64,000 nt of DNA, from contig NC_045138.2 in assembly GCF_008831285.2 (NCBI RefSeq), forward strand, positions 42,284,001 through 42,348,000, in the 5' to 3' direction. This document shows, in pieces, positions 1-13,400 of the stretch. The DNA is from Nymphaea colorata (Eukaryota). Below the pieces are notes generated by a model that had not been told where the DNA came from, searched no databases, and saw nothing but the letters and a program-made list of their open reading frames with translations. A program made the position numbers and the translations under genes. Numbering within the stretch: position 1 is the stretch's first letter; each line of letters opens with the position of its first letter.

Positions 1-1427
1 ATTTTCCATAGTAAGTGCACTAAAATAGTCCTCTGCCCCTTGGACCATGACTTGAGCCTCTTCCCCTTGATGCTTGTCCTCCACGCCCTCCAGACACGGC
101 TAAGCCTGTGGCAGGAGCATCACTCTGAGGCTGAGAGAGATAGATAGCCAATCTATTGAGTCTGTTATATGCCTCAAAGATCTGGAATCTTTGCTCCAGT
201 AAGCACCTGTATTTTAGATACCTCAAACTTAGGTGACAAGTCAGCCAATAACTTTGCCACCATTGTCTGCTCGAAATGAGTCTTGTAGCATGCCTGAAAA
301 GGAAGTCAAAGGGCCTTCATCATTCATACGCTGTTTTAACTGAAGCAAAGTATTGAGATAATTCCAGGTCAACCTGTTGCGGTTTGAGAAGTTCCTCCCC
401 AACTTTTAAAATTTTTGAAACATTCTTGTCATGATAAGAGGTCTGCCTCAAGAATGTCAACATGTGTTTGGCAGTCGTGTGTTAAGCAAGGGGTAGGAGA
501 AATATTGAACACTTTTCATAATCCATGACATAACGATGCTATTATCTTCTTTTCATCATTGTTTTTAACAGTTGGTTCATCTTCTTCAATCACATGGTCT
601 TTTTGATGTCCTATCACAGAGATCATGAACACGCACAACCAAATTTCATAGTTTTAACCATCTAATTTAACATTAGAACCATGAGAGAAGGGGTTCTCAA
701 CAACTTGGTATTCATTATGGATCTCAGTCTAAGTATTATCTGCCACACTAGGCTGCTGTCCAAAATCCCTCCGAGTTTAAAAGGATCAGAACTCCATAAG
801 TTGACTAGAAGATGCAGCAGAAAATAGATACTTCTCACGGAATGACTAGAAAAATGCAGCAGCAAATAATTCAGAACTGCACAGCTAGACTAGATGATGC
901 TGCTGCAAATAAAACCTTCCTGCTGATCCAAAAAAAATACAAACTTATAAGGTAGGCACCTCCACACGACCTGGGTCATCGACTTATAGGGCAGAAAACT
1001 GGTCCACAGCAGGCACCTCCACACGACCTGGGTCATCGACTTATAGGGCAGAAAACTGGTCCACAGCAGGCACCTCCACACGACCTGGGTCATCGACTTA
1101 TAGGGCAGAAAACTGGTCCACAGCAGGCACCTCCACATGATCTGGGATTAGCTCCACACAATATGGGTCCACACAGGCAGAAAAAACTGGTCATCACCGG
1201 CCACTTTTCATGCTGCAATTACCTCCACACGCGGCTCAGGATTTGCTCCAGATGCAGTCCATGACAGCCTGATAACGTATGTCAGACTTGACATTCATGC
1301 CACCACTTGAGGATCTGATCACGTATTCCACATAGACGTGATCAGATTCCTCTAACACGTGCTTCTGTTTCCATGATCAGCAGGAGGCCAAGATAGAGAA
1401 GAAGATGAAAGAGAAGAGGAGGAGATA

Positions 1428-1467
<40 letters not shown>

Positions 1468-1721
1468 GAAACCTAGCAAGAAGCCACGGGCGGCGATGGA
1501 GGAGGCTTTGTCTCTGATACCAAGTAATGGCTGGGGTTTGGAGATTGAAAGAAAAGAATTTGTTACCCATTAATCTGCCCTAATCTCTTGTTAATTAAAA
1601 GAGAATTAGGGTAAAACTAACTAATTACAAAAAGCTCCAAGAATAAAAAAAAATATTAATAAAGCATTGTTCCTAAAACTATTTAATATCCAAAACACCC
1701 TAACGTAAAGACTATTCAACA
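1..1721 (-). mobile_element. Degenerate Ty1/copia LTR retrotransposon 5' part (LTR about 1523-1721, PBS, leader, decayed gag) running off the window start
   Basis: TGGTATCAGAG tRNA-iMet PBS on the - strand at 1512-1522, next to a ~200-bp LTR-like block ending TTCAACA (1721). Gag-like RG-rich frame at 20-226 runs into a CTYxGK zinc-knuckle remnant. Confidence 0.7.
954..1137. repeat. 57-bp tandem repeat, about 3.2 identical copies, in the copia leader
   Basis: AGGCACCTCCACACGACCTGGGTCATCGACTTATAGGGCAGAAAACTGGTCCACAGC starts at 954, 1011 and 1068, with a partial copy at 1125. Confidence 0.95.
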
Positions 1722-1819
1722 TTATTAATGATGAGCTTGACATCAGGCCTTGATAAGAAGATATGAGGGGATATAACATTCAATTCTATGATCGGTTGGT
1801 TATGACAGCTTTTTCTATG

Positions 1820-3350
1820 AATTTCAATTCTTTCTATTTCAGGTTGAAAGGCACGATGAGCTTAATGCTTTCATCAAATCAATTAGCCATAAAACCGTGT
1901 GGAGGCAATGACTGAATGATAGAAACTTATATAAATATTAAACACAAGAAATTGTTTGAAAGACCAAGGAAAAAATATTTTAAGTTGTAAATGAGTCTAC
2001 CACTCAAAGGAAGCATTAAACTCACAAAATGAGAGTTGTTGAACTGGGTTTTAGTTTAGGATATGGGCATGGCTATGATGGGACATTGAACTCTCAAGGG
2101 CGATTTTCATTGTTCTTTTATGGTTGTAGATCACAGGCAAACGAGCAGGTGTTTTGATATGTCGAAGATATCAAAATGGAAGTTAAGATAGAGAATCTTA
2201 CGATTTAGGGCAGGTCTCAAGATCTTGGTCTGGAAGCTCCGCCCATAATTTAGAACCATGGTTTTGCAGGTGCTCTTTTGATCATTTAATATTTATTTTC
2301 AAAGATACGTTTATGATTATCCTGTTGTTGATATGTGTAGATGACATAATTGTTGTGGGCAATTTGCACAAACATATCCAATTACTGAAAGATCTGTTTA
2401 ACCAAAGTTTCAAGATGAAGGATCTTGGAGAGCTGATATATATTTTTGGTGTCAACATTGACAAGAATTAATATCAACTTTAATTCAATACAAGTATCCT
2501 CTTGATTTCTTAGGTATAGCAGAGAGAGGAGACGAGAGATTGCAAGTCTTCTCTTGCTCTTGTAAATAAGAGGTAAAACTCTTAGGCGAGGACTTATTTA
2601 ATCATATAATTTGGAACATTATTGGATATGCTTCAATATCTTTTCTCCATTAGCCTGGATATTGTTTATTAAGTAAATCAAGTGTCATAGATTATGCATG
2701 ACCCCTAGACGTACAGGTGCTTTAAGAAGGATTTTTAGGTTTAAAAGGAACAGTTGGAGGCAGACTTCGGTTTTGGTTACAAGATGAAGGATCTTGGAGA
2801 GCTGAGATATATTTTTGGTGTTGACATTGCAAAAAGTTAATATCGACTAACTCAATGCAAGTATCCTCTTGATTTCTTAGATAGAGCAGAGAGCAGAGAT
2901 GAGAGAATCCAAGCATTCTCTTGCTGTTGTAAATAAGAGGTAAAACTTTTAGGCGAGTTCTTATTTAATCATATAATTAGGAACTGAATTGATATGCTTC
3001 AATACCTTTTCTCCATTAGCCTGGATGTTGTTTACTAAGTAAATCAAGCGTCAGAGATTATGCATGAGCCCTAGAGGCACAGGTGCTTTAAGAAGGATTT
3101 TGAGGTTTGAAAGGAACAGTTGGAGACAGACTTCGTTATTAAAACAAAAGAAGTTAATAAAGTACCACGTGAGATTGTTACTCATACAGATGCAAATCGG
3201 CAGAAGCCCACAAATTAGATGAGATTAGTGTCAGACTAGTTTGTAATTCTTAGAAGGAATCTAGTGTCGGGCAGTAGTAGATAATGAAAGCCTATTGCTA
3301 TTTGCTAGATTAAATACTAAAGCAGACAACTAAAGCTACATGGTCTGAGA
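1820..3350 (+). mobile_element. Highly decayed copia reverse transcriptase/RNase H remnant containing a ~369-bp tandem duplication (2411-2779 / 2780-3135)
   Basis: Copia RT motifs can be read in pieces (LICVDDIIVVG, FKMKDLGELxYIFG). CAAGATGAAGGATCTTGGAGAGCTGA recurs at 2411 and 2780 with colinear sequence after each copy. Confidence 0.7.
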
Positions 3351-4322
3351 CCCTGGTCAGTCAGTGAGGGGAATTTTATGATAATCATAGTGTTATATAT
3401 TTCTTCTAATCCTTACCATTACAACCATCAAAAGTACATTGAGATAGATCAACACTTAAAAATATAAAAGTGAAGATAAGAGGTAACAGAGCATGACTTT
3501 TGGTACTTGAGGTTAGGTAGTCCATGTTCAGGTTCATGTGCAACTCATAAGTCAGTCCACATCCCACATTAAAAGTATAGTCGGTCCATGTGTGTGGATA
3601 CACTTGTAATAATGTTCTTCCTGTCATTTTTTTTTATTTGTAACAAATCTATACGTGAATGAAATTGGGTCACATCCTCCACATTGGGGTCATTAGGCTT
3701 GTGCATCTCTGCCTCCTTACTACTTCAGGCAGACATACATTGCAGCCATTCTTCTTCTAAAATCCAACACAATCTTGATCTTGTTCGTCGACCAGTCTTT
3801 GCAGCCAAAAATGTTTTGAAGTTAACCGACAGGAGTCATATGGGAGCTCACACTATCCATTCAAAAGGTAATCAACATTGAGCCCCATCATAATGGTTCC
3901 AACCATGATTTCGTGTCCAGGAAGTTAATGGCCATACTTTCCGACAAATCTCTTTGGCTCTCACGGAGTTATCTTTTTGGCTTTTGTACAATTATATATA
4001 TATAGTTGAACAGACTCCTAGGAAAAGGAACATGATCTGATCGTAAGCACGATTTCACTTAATAGATAAAGTGTTGTATGCTTAAACTTTAAAATGCATG
4101 CCTTTTTGTCTGATTCAAGTATGTGCCTCAGGTCTATATCATATTCATATTTATGCATGTGTGAACAACCAAGTGACCTAAATGGCTAGTTTTTGGTAGT
4201 CAAGATTTGGATGGTAACTTCTTCTACTAAGAATCCTTTCAAGAGGCAGCAAATCGATGTTCATGCAAAGTTTTTTTATTATTATTACTATTAATTTAGT
4301 TTGGACATGCAATATTCTTCAG

Positions 4323-4385
4323 GTTATAATCTGGTGGGCTGGTCTAATGCGAGGTGCTATTTCTATTGCACTGGCATTTAATCAG
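4323..4385 (+). CDS. NHX4: Vacuolar Na+(K+)/H+ antiporter, internal exon (VIIWWAGLMRGAISIALAFNQ)
   Basis: Hallmark plant NHX motif WWAGLMRGA. AG acceptor at 4321-4322, GT donor at 4386-4387, phase 0/0. Confidence 0.93.
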
Positions 4386-4470
4386 GTTAGAGTTAGTTCT
4401 TCAACATACTCGTGGTGTTGGCATTTTTACCTCTTTCTGTATATCACCTGAATTATTATGTATCTGTTAG

Positions 4471-4554
4471 TTCACATTTTCTGGAATTACGTGGAACCCA
4501 GTCCATGCTACAATCATCACTACAACCATTATTGTTGTACTTTTCAGCACAGTG
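4471..4554 (+). CDS. NHX4: Vacuolar Na+(K+)/H+ antiporter, penultimate exon (FTFSGITWNPVHATIITTTIIVVLFSTV)
   Basis: TTAG acceptor and GTTAGT donor. Matches the last transmembrane helix of NHX proteins (FTxSG...IVVLFST). Confidence 0.93.
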
Positions 4555-5420
4555 GTTAGTATGGTTCTCTACAATCACTTCTGTAATTCTTATTCAAGCT
4601 ATATATTTCATTAATCACTTCTGTAGTTCTTATTCAAGTTGTAAATTTCACGGTTCTTATTCTAGAGCTTGCATTGGTAAGTATGATTTCGAACATCCTT
4701 TGTGGAGTTGCTCAAGTATGTCTTATTCATGGAATTTAAATGGCTTGTATTCCACAGTTACTTAATTAGGCAAGCTTCTGTATTTGTTTTGCTCAAAGCG
4801 TGAAGAGCTGGACTGCATATGTGGCCATTTTGGCATAACTCCATAATGGTCCACATTGAAAACTGTTAAAGAATCTCTAAGTTCACTTTACGAAGCATCT
4901 CATTTATTTATATCTTAGTTGGAGTTAGGATCCTTTATCCAAACAGGGGCTTCTATGGTGTTTTCATTGAATTAACAAGTCACATTTAACCGCATCAACT
5001 TGCCTTATTCCAAGAGGTAAGGGCCTTGTCTATTTTATGTCTTAGTCTATAGGATTTAGGAACCTTTAACCCAAACCAAGGAAAGGAAATGGGGATGTGG
5101 TGATGCTTCCTTTCTTTTCCTCTTCCTAATTCACAAAAAAAAAATTGATTTTAGTTATCTTCTATTTGTTCTTTTTATTAGGAATATTAACTCAAGGTTA
5201 TCATAAAAGAAATTATTTCATCCGTGTCTGCAAGTGAGGTGAAACCATTTTTAGATAAACAGTGATATGATTGAGTAATAATATATAAATGCATCAATTC
5301 GATATATTTGATAATATAAATGAAATTTAAAGATTGAAGGCAGGAAGGCTCTAGGTGCTAAATAGCAACTATAAAAACCACACTTACCAGTGGAAGATTG
5401 AGGGCAGGAAGGGATCTGAA

Positions 5421-5714
5421 CAGTTATCAAGTATTATAAGTGAGGTTTTTCTTGGGTATAATATGATAGAGTTGTTTTTCTTGGGGAAAATCTTGAAAAA
5501 ATCTCGACAAGTTTTTTTTTTTTTAAAAATAAAAATATCCTAAACTTCACATGTGAAAAATGTGAAATAAAAACCTAATAACAAAAAATGTGAAAAAAAC
5601 GTGTTTTTTCGTTTTTTTATTTTAAAAAACACGTTATTTCTTCTTTTCTAGGCTGATCTGTTTTTATATTTTTTTCACGTTTGTTTCAAATAAAATGTGT
5701 TTACCGTGACGCTG
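5421..5714. mobile_element. AT-rich MITE-like dispersed repeat in the last NHX intron
   Basis: Shares TTTTCTTG(G/A)GTATAATATG...TTGTTTTTCT...GAAAATCT and AAATAAAATGTGTTTT..GTGAC with 24823-25131. Internal A-rich and T-rich inverted halves. Boundaries approximate. Confidence 0.55.
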
Positions 5715-6612
5715 TGTTCGAAACAAAGACAAGCCTGCTCGGTGCTAAATGGCAACTTTGGAGATTTTCTGTTGTACTGTTAGATGGACAATAAAAATTA
5801 AACATTTATACAGATGGATTTGCAAGGGGACTATGCAGATGGATTTCAATTTCCATTTTCTTGACACCTTAGTTAACAGTTTTTGGTACATGTAAGTAGG
5901 AGTAACAGAACGATTTGGAAATTTTTTGTCATACATTACGACTGATCTACAAAGGATGTGATTGCCGGACCTTATGACAAGATCCTCTAATGCATGCACG
6001 TTTCCTGGTGCATCACAAGTGATCTAAAAGAACTAACATTCTAGGGAGGAAGCCGCTAATACACCTGTGGATTAGAATTAATTGCTTTAAAATTGTGGAG
6101 AATCTTTGGAAAATATTGGACAGATGTTTGGATAAATTCAGCGTCATAGGCATAAGCAAAATGGAAGTCAACCACTGTATATCGTATAGTAGATGCAGAT
6201 GCCACTCAAGGAGGAGCTGAGTGCATTGCCAGATAGAATATTTTCTAGAAAAGAAGTGTTCAAATACACAACTCAAATGATCTCCCATGGCTTGGTCTGG
6301 CTTGTAATTGATTATAACAATCTTACTTTTGTCAAGGCAGTGTGTTATGCTCTTTTGATCATGCGTTGGCGATTATACTGAAGCCAACAAATATTATGTT
6401 CTCGAATTTTATGCCAAATGTAAATTTTATTTTAACATGTAGTTGGCGAACAGATCATGCTACTTTGTTTCATGCGGTTCAAGCTTAATTGCTTAATTAT
6501 GGCCTCTGTGCATTCCTGAGTTACTTTCGTTCTTTTGTCTGGTAACATATCCTTTCAAAAATAACTTGAAGGTGTAGGAAGAAGAAAGAATCATATCTTT
6601 TCAAAGTTTCAG

Positions 6613-6885
6613 GTTTTTGGACTGCTGACGAAGCCATTGGTGGATGTATTACTTCCACATCACCGGGCACCTGTACAGCAAGCCACCTGGGCAGAATCAT
6701 CGTCTGTAAAGGAAGGGGACGTGCACATTCCCTTTCTTTCACTGGAGGAGTCGGCTGCCAGCAGCATGCAACGGGCTAAGAGCAGCCTGACGATGCTGCT
6801 GGAGACACCAGTGAGAACTATCCACTGTTTATGGAGGCGATTTGATGACACCTACATGCGGCCAGTCTTTGGTGGACCAAGCTAA
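6613..6885 (+). CDS. NHX4: Vacuolar Na+(K+)/H+ antiporter, terminal exon (VFGLLTKPL...IHCLWRRFDDTYMRPVFGGPS*)
   Basis: TTTCAG acceptor ending at 6612. Carries the conserved vacuolar NHX C-terminal WRxFDDxYMRPVFGG motif and a short tail, recalled as resembling Arabidopsis At5g55470 (called NHX3 or NHX4 depending on nomenclature). Upstream exons are not in the window. Confidence 0.93.
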   Translation, partial: VFGLLTKPLVDVLLPHHRAPVQQATWAESSSVKEGDVHIPFLSLEESAASSMQRAKSSLTMLLETPVRTIHCLWRRFDDTYMRPVFGGPS

Positions 6886-7362
6886 ATCACAAAATGATGC
6901 AAATAATTTTGTAAGAATCCCGCACCGGAGAGAACATATAACATCTGTTGTTTGTGCTGCTGATAAATTGTCTAGCTGTATTGCCTCTACCTTTTTCCTT
7001 CAGTATTATCTATACAGATAAAATGTGAGTTAAAAATCACCCTCGCGTACTTGTTTTGGGACAGACGAAAAAAATTCTATCCCTTGGATTTGGTATCTAT
7101 GAGCGAATAATCGGCCACAGGAAGTATGGGTTGCCAAAGGCGCCTTCAAATATTCACTTATTTATATAAACTATGTCTGAAATAGTGCCCTTCTGCCCAC
7201 CAGGTACAGGTTGCTCTTGGCGAAAATAAAGGCTTATTCTTTTACCAGCTTTAATATATCGAAAAGGCGTTACAGATGAAGGTAAAATAAAAGCTACCAA
7301 CATAAACAAATTGGTACTGCAATCAACTACTTATGTTCGATAGGTTATAGCTATGAGCTATG

Positions 7363-7814
7363 TGTTGGCGAACTCCCTTGATTCACACTCAATGGCCTCT
7401 TTTTTTTATAAGGCATAATGAGGATTCACACTCAATGGCCTCTTTTTTTTATAAGGCATAATGAGGAGGGGCTGCAACGCAGCAAGGAGGGAATGCAGAG
7501 GTACGACAAGGGCAGAGAGAGAGAGTACAAGGACGACAGGGGAAAGAGAGAGGAGGTGAACCACACGGCAGCAAAAAAAATCTTTTTTTTCTTTTTTTTT
7601 TTGGCGTGCTCTTCTCAACTACTTAACGCTAAAAAGGGAAACATCATTTAAATAAAACAAAAAAAAAAAGTAAAACTTGACCCTCAAGTTAGTAACCGCT
7701 TGGTCGTTCCCATGATCTCCTCCACTTAGCTGGACTCTCGCACCATTTTCTCCATTTATCTTTAACCACTCATGATCTTGGGAACCACACACACATTCTC
7801 AATTTCTCCTCACA
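7363..7814 (-). repeat. 3' LTR of the copia element
   Basis: Colinear with 17449-17912. Has a private 43-bp tandem duplication (7381/7424) and lacks 14 nt next to the PPT. Confidence 0.92.
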
Positions 7815-10497
7815 ATCTCTCCCCCCTAATCCTGGTGTGGTTCAAGGTCTCAACACCCAACAAGTCCGGCATTGTTGCCAACCTTGCTACCGGCAATGCC
7901 TTTGTCAATAGATCCGCTCGTTGCTCATCTATTCTCACAAAATCCACAATAATTTGTCCTCTTTCGATGCATTCGAGTATGAAATGGAACTTTGTGTCAA
8001 TATGTTTGCTGCATCCACGAAAAACTGGATTCTTCATCAGAGCGATTGTGGACTTACTATAAACATATAACTTCACTGCTTGCAGGCCTCTTCCAACCAG
8101 CTCGGCCAGCAGTCTTCTGAGCCAGAGTGCCTAGCACACAGCCGCAGTTGCTGCCATGAATTCAGCCTCGCATGAAGACAAGGCTACGGTTTTCTGCTTC
8201 TGCGAGTTCCATGAGACTAGACTTTTATTTACATAGAATGCCATGCCTCTGGTGCTCTTCCTGTCATCGATGTCGCCCACCAAGTCATATCTGTGAACCT
8301 GACAATCACCTCTTCTTCTCTTCCTCTGGTGTATACAAGACCGAAGTGGATTGTTCCTTTTAAATATCGCAGAATCTACTTCACTACCTTGTGGTGCATC
8401 ATTGTCGGTCTTTCCATGAATCTGCTTGCTACACTGACGGCATACGAAAGATCTAGTCTTGTGTGGAGAAGATACCTCAGACATCCGATGACTCGTCAAT
8501 ACTATGTTGCATCTACCGGCTGTACTTCGGGATCCTTATTCAATTGTGACCTTGGTTCCATAGGGATTTTAGTGGGATTGCAATCAAACTTGCCAAATTG
8601 AGTTAGCACTTTTTTGGCATAGGCTGCCTGCATGATCCATATACTGTCTTTGCCTTGTGCCACCTCGATCCCAAGGTAATAGTTGAGCAGGCCGAGATCG
8701 CTCACATAGAAATCAGCCATCATCTGCTTCTTGAATGTCATGATTGCCTCTAAATCCTCCCCTGTTACAATTAGATCATCAACATAAACTCTGATGATGA
8801 TGTCGGCGCGATCTCTTCCCCTTGTATACACGACATGTTCCAGTGCGCATTTTGAGAACCCAAGGTGCTTCAGGCTTCAATCCAGCTGCGTGTTCCAGGC
8901 GCGTGGTGCTTGCTGGAGACAGTACAACGCCTTGCTTAATTTGAGTACCATATGCTCCTTGTTCTTCACCGTGAAACCCTCCAGTTGAGCTATATAGACC
9001 TCCTCCTCAAGTTCGCCATTGAGGAATGCTGACTTGACATCGAGATGATGGACTTGCCACCCACGACTGGGTATGATGGTAAGGATGACTCGTACGGTGT
9101 TGAGCAAGGCGACCGGCGCAAACACCTCCTCGAAGTCAATCCCTTGCCGCTGGACATAGCCCTTCACGACTAATCTGGCCTTATGCTTGATCACCTCTCC
9201 GTCTAAGTTTTTCTTCAATTTGAACACCCATTTGAGTCCAATTGCTTTGGTTCCGGTCAGCAAGGTTGCCAGCGTCCAGGTCGACTTTTTATCAATGGAT
9301 TCAATCTCCTTGGCCATAGCTTCCACCCATGCCGGTTGGCCGGCCACGTCTTGGTAACACGACGGCTCCTCTATTGCCACGAGCATGACCTCTTCTTCAA
9401 CGTCTTCATCGTCGAGTTTGACGCGCTGAGCGTCTCTCATGATATCATTGATGTATCTATACCAAACAGGTCCGTCATTGCTGTCCTCCATCTCTGAGGC
9501 CGCGACAGTTTCATCCGCCAGCAATCTCTGAGTTGGCGTGACCACCATCGTTGCTTTGCTGCCCATCGGTGTTGATGAAGAAGCCTGATAGCCTAACTCC
9601 ATGGACACCGACCCTCCTGCTTGTCTACTTGCAACTGAGTTGCCCACTGCTGACTCACTGTTAGACTCCTCCTCAACAATGAAATTTGACTGTTCACTGC
9701 TTCTTGCATCCATGTTCCATTTCCACTTCAGTTTTTCTTCATATTTAGCGTCACGACTTACATGGATTCTCCCGCACAGTGGATCAAATAGTCGGTGCAC
9801 CTTGCAGCCGTCCTCGAAGCCGAGATACACCATTGGCTGGCTACAATCATCGAGCTTTTTTAGGTGTGGGGTCATCACCCTAGCATGTGCCGCACAACCG
9901 AATAACCGAAGATGTGCAAGATCTGGTTTTTTGCCACTCTAAGCTTCATACCGGGTGCACTCACTCATGGCCTTCGTAGGCAAGCGGTTCAATAGATAGA
10001 CCACGTGCCATACTGCCTCCCCCCAAAATCTTCCCGGCATACTCATGCTCTTGAGGAGAGATCTTGCCATCGCCATCACCATCCTGTTCCTCTGCTCCAC
10101 CACACCATTTTGTTGTGGTGAATATGTTGTGGTGAGGTGCCCTGCAATGCCAGCATGTTCATACACATTGGCAAACTCGAGAGAAAGGAACTCGCCTCCC
10201 GGATTGATCCTAAGCGCCTTGATGCGATGCCCGCACGCGTTCTCGACCAGTGCCTTGATCCTCATGAACGTCGAGCATGCCTGATCTTTTGTTCTGAGCA
10301 CACACAGGCACATCTAACGAGAGATGTCATCAACGATTAGTAAGAAATAACTATTATCGGCAAGGGTGGGTGGTGTGATCGGTCCACAAAGATCAGCATG
10401 CAAGAGTTCGAGTAGCTCCTTCGCTCGATAGTTGGCTGCTGACGGGAACGACTGTCTCGTCTACTTTGCCACCAAGCACTCTCGGCATAACTGCACG
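7815..10497 (-). pseudogene. Copia pol remnant: integrase core, RT and RNase H (stops and frameshifts)
   Basis: YSPQQNGVVEQRNR (integrase); KAIGLKWVFKLK, VHHLDVKSAFLNG and VYVDDLIV (RT); VALSSCEAEFMA and SKHIDTKFHFI (RNase H), spread over several ORF fragments. Confidence 0.93.
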
Positions 10498-13400
10498 TAA
10501 GCCTGGGCATCGGCCCGGCCCGGCCCGGTTTGGATTCGCCGTTAAGAAAACGGGCCGGATATGACCGGCCAATTACCCGGCCCATTTATTAAAGAGCTGG
10601 GCCGGGTACCAGGCCTCGCCTTCCCAGCCTGAGGTCCGGCCCGGCCCATCTACAATTGATATTCGGGTCGGGCGGGTCGGGTCAGGCGGGCCGGGCTGGG
10701 CCCGATGCCCAAGGAACAGGTCTTTGCAGCTACTCGCTGCTTGTGCTTTAATGATGTGATAAGCATCTAGACATATATAATTCATGGAAATTGATCAATC
10801 TTTATATTCAAGAAAACAATCAGCATAACCATTATTCTGAACCTGCCAGGGGAACTCAAGAATCTCAAATAGAAATCAGAAATAATCATGATCAGATATC
10901 ACAATCAGATGTACTATAAGGAAACCAAGCCACACTGATAGATGTGAGGTCTGCACGTATTTTGGATCCCAGGTCACATTTTAAAAAAAGGTCACTATCA
11001 TACAATTTAAGAAACAAATAAACAATTACAAACTTTCAGAAATGATAAATGCTTTATATGCCTTCATTAATCATTCAAAGTTGAAAATGAGCATAATAAA
11101 GATTATAAAGTACAATAACTATTTCCCTTGGACAACAAGCAATACACAAGCTTTATAGTAAGAAAAGATCCCTTCAAAACTGAACACAATGATATAGTAG
11201 CCACTGAAGGCAGCAGTAGAGCTATGCTAGGCTGGGAAAGAGGAGGGGAAGCAATAGGCAGAAACTAAAATTTAAATGGTCCATCAACAGAGTTTAAAAA
11301 ATCAAAGTAAACATCTTCAAAGCCCATCAGCAACCTAGAAATGTCCATCTGCAAATCTGCAATTTCACATGAAAAAGTAAATGTTAATAAGAATTCCAAG
11401 TGCTTGTTTGCAAGCATACATGTGAGTTGAGAGAGATAGAGCAACTTAAAGGTCAATTGAAATGATTACATCATACAAGACATATTTGATGAAAGGTTCA
11501 ATTTTCAGCGCCTCTTCAAGCTCAAACAAGTTCAGTTTCGACTGTAGAGCACATCATACCATCAATAATCATTTCAACATTAACTCTATGTAGGAGTGTG
11601 TATAAATGTGATTGAGTTCCCACATGTTAGTATTGCAGCAAATTCTAAGCCATAACCATTACAAGTTTTGTGAATAAGCAACCAACATATGCACAGATGG
11701 AATGAAGTGCTAATGCATTAGCAAAAACCACACTTTCAATGAAACAAAGATAGAGAATAAATTGAAGAATCACCACTCACAAGGCAGAATTGCTTCAGTT
11801 GTATGATAATCAAACATTGGATTAACTTTCCTCGTCAGAATGGTGCTCTGCATCATGAGAACTGTAACACATATTAATTTAAGCAGACTACTATGTTAAT
11901 ATGTAAAATAAATTAGATTGAACTTTGAACGACTTACATTTCACACAAGTTGCTTGCATCACGAATCCAACTCTGTGTGCATATTAATGATTCTACATTT
12001 TCAGGAGTAGTTGAGCATCGATAATCATTAAGAATTCTTCTTGATATACTGAAGCAACTATAGATACAAGAATAGCTAATACATCTCGAACCATCTTTGC
12101 TACAATTTTATGTTTGCTTTCATTTGTCTTCCACCAAGATAATATGTCGAAGTCTGTAATAGGTGCAATTTCTTCCAATGGATCACTCAAATATTTGTCT
12201 AGATCTGTGTGAACTGCTACAGAAGATACAGAGCTGACATATGCTTTGAACTCACATCTAGCGATACTTTTATATTCTTCCGCTGCAATCATGGTACTAG
12301 TAGATGAATTGCCCCTTTGCATATTACTCATGTCACTGTCACCATACATATTTTTGTATTCAACATATAATTCATAAAGGATGCTCTCTATATCTTCAAT
12401 TTGACCATTTCATCACATTTATCCAAATCATTAAGCAAATATTTCAAGTATGACAACTTGAACCTAAGATCCAAAACAAATGCAATTGCAAAGAGAATAT
12501 TGTATCTCTTGAAGTATTTGTCAAATTTCTCTTGCATTTTGCATATCAATGCCCTTATATGTTCATTTGACAAACCACGATGTACATGCAAATGATGGTA
12601 AATTGATAAAAATTCTTCAAATACAAGATTAAACATTATCTGCTTAGAGGTAGAGAATAGATTTGTTGCATTGTAGAACACCTTTAAGAACTGACATAGA
12701 TCAGATGCATGAGACCACTCATCCTCAGAAGGCAAACATACATAATTAAGATCACAGGCTGCCAAATGTTGAAAGACATCTTGAAATAACAATGCATCTC
12801 TCAACATTATAAATGTAGAATTCCATCGAGTAGGAACATCATAGTTTAAATTTTTTTTCTCATTCAAACCCATTGCCTTTACTCATTCCTTGAAGACATG
12901 TAGTCGTTTTGGTGATCCCCTTACATATTTGACACTGTCATGAATTTTTGAAATTGTTTCATCTATATCATTCATACCATCCTTAACCATGAGATTTAAA
13001 ATATGTGCACCACAACGAATATGAAAGTGTTCCCCTCTCAATGGAAATGAAATATTGTTTTTTTTTTTCTATGGTCCTTCTTATTAAGCTTATTCCACTA
13101 TCATTTGCTGAACAGTTATCAGCAGTAACAGAAAACAACTTCAATTGAATTTCTCACTTACTAGTAATGCACTCTAATAAAACCTCACATATAGAACTTG
13201 CATTATGTGGTGGAGGCACGTACAAAATTAAGTATATGAGAGTGCAACTACCAAATTGTATCAATATATTGAGTTGTCAAGCATAAATATCCTAACGTCT
13301 GTTGTGAGGTCCACATATCAAATGTCAATGAAACCCGCCGCACGTGATTATTTAAAAGTCCTTGATATCTCATTTTTTTAGTCTTGTACATTGACTGAAC

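Noticed and set aside
954..1137. Regular repeats that could look like a CRISPR array
   Set aside because: The units are contiguous identical 57-mers with no unique spacers, inside a plant retrotransposon leader, and there are no cas genes.
4412..4765. 117-aa ORF inside NHX
   Set aside because: It is out of frame with the real exon 4471-4554 and runs into intron sequence.
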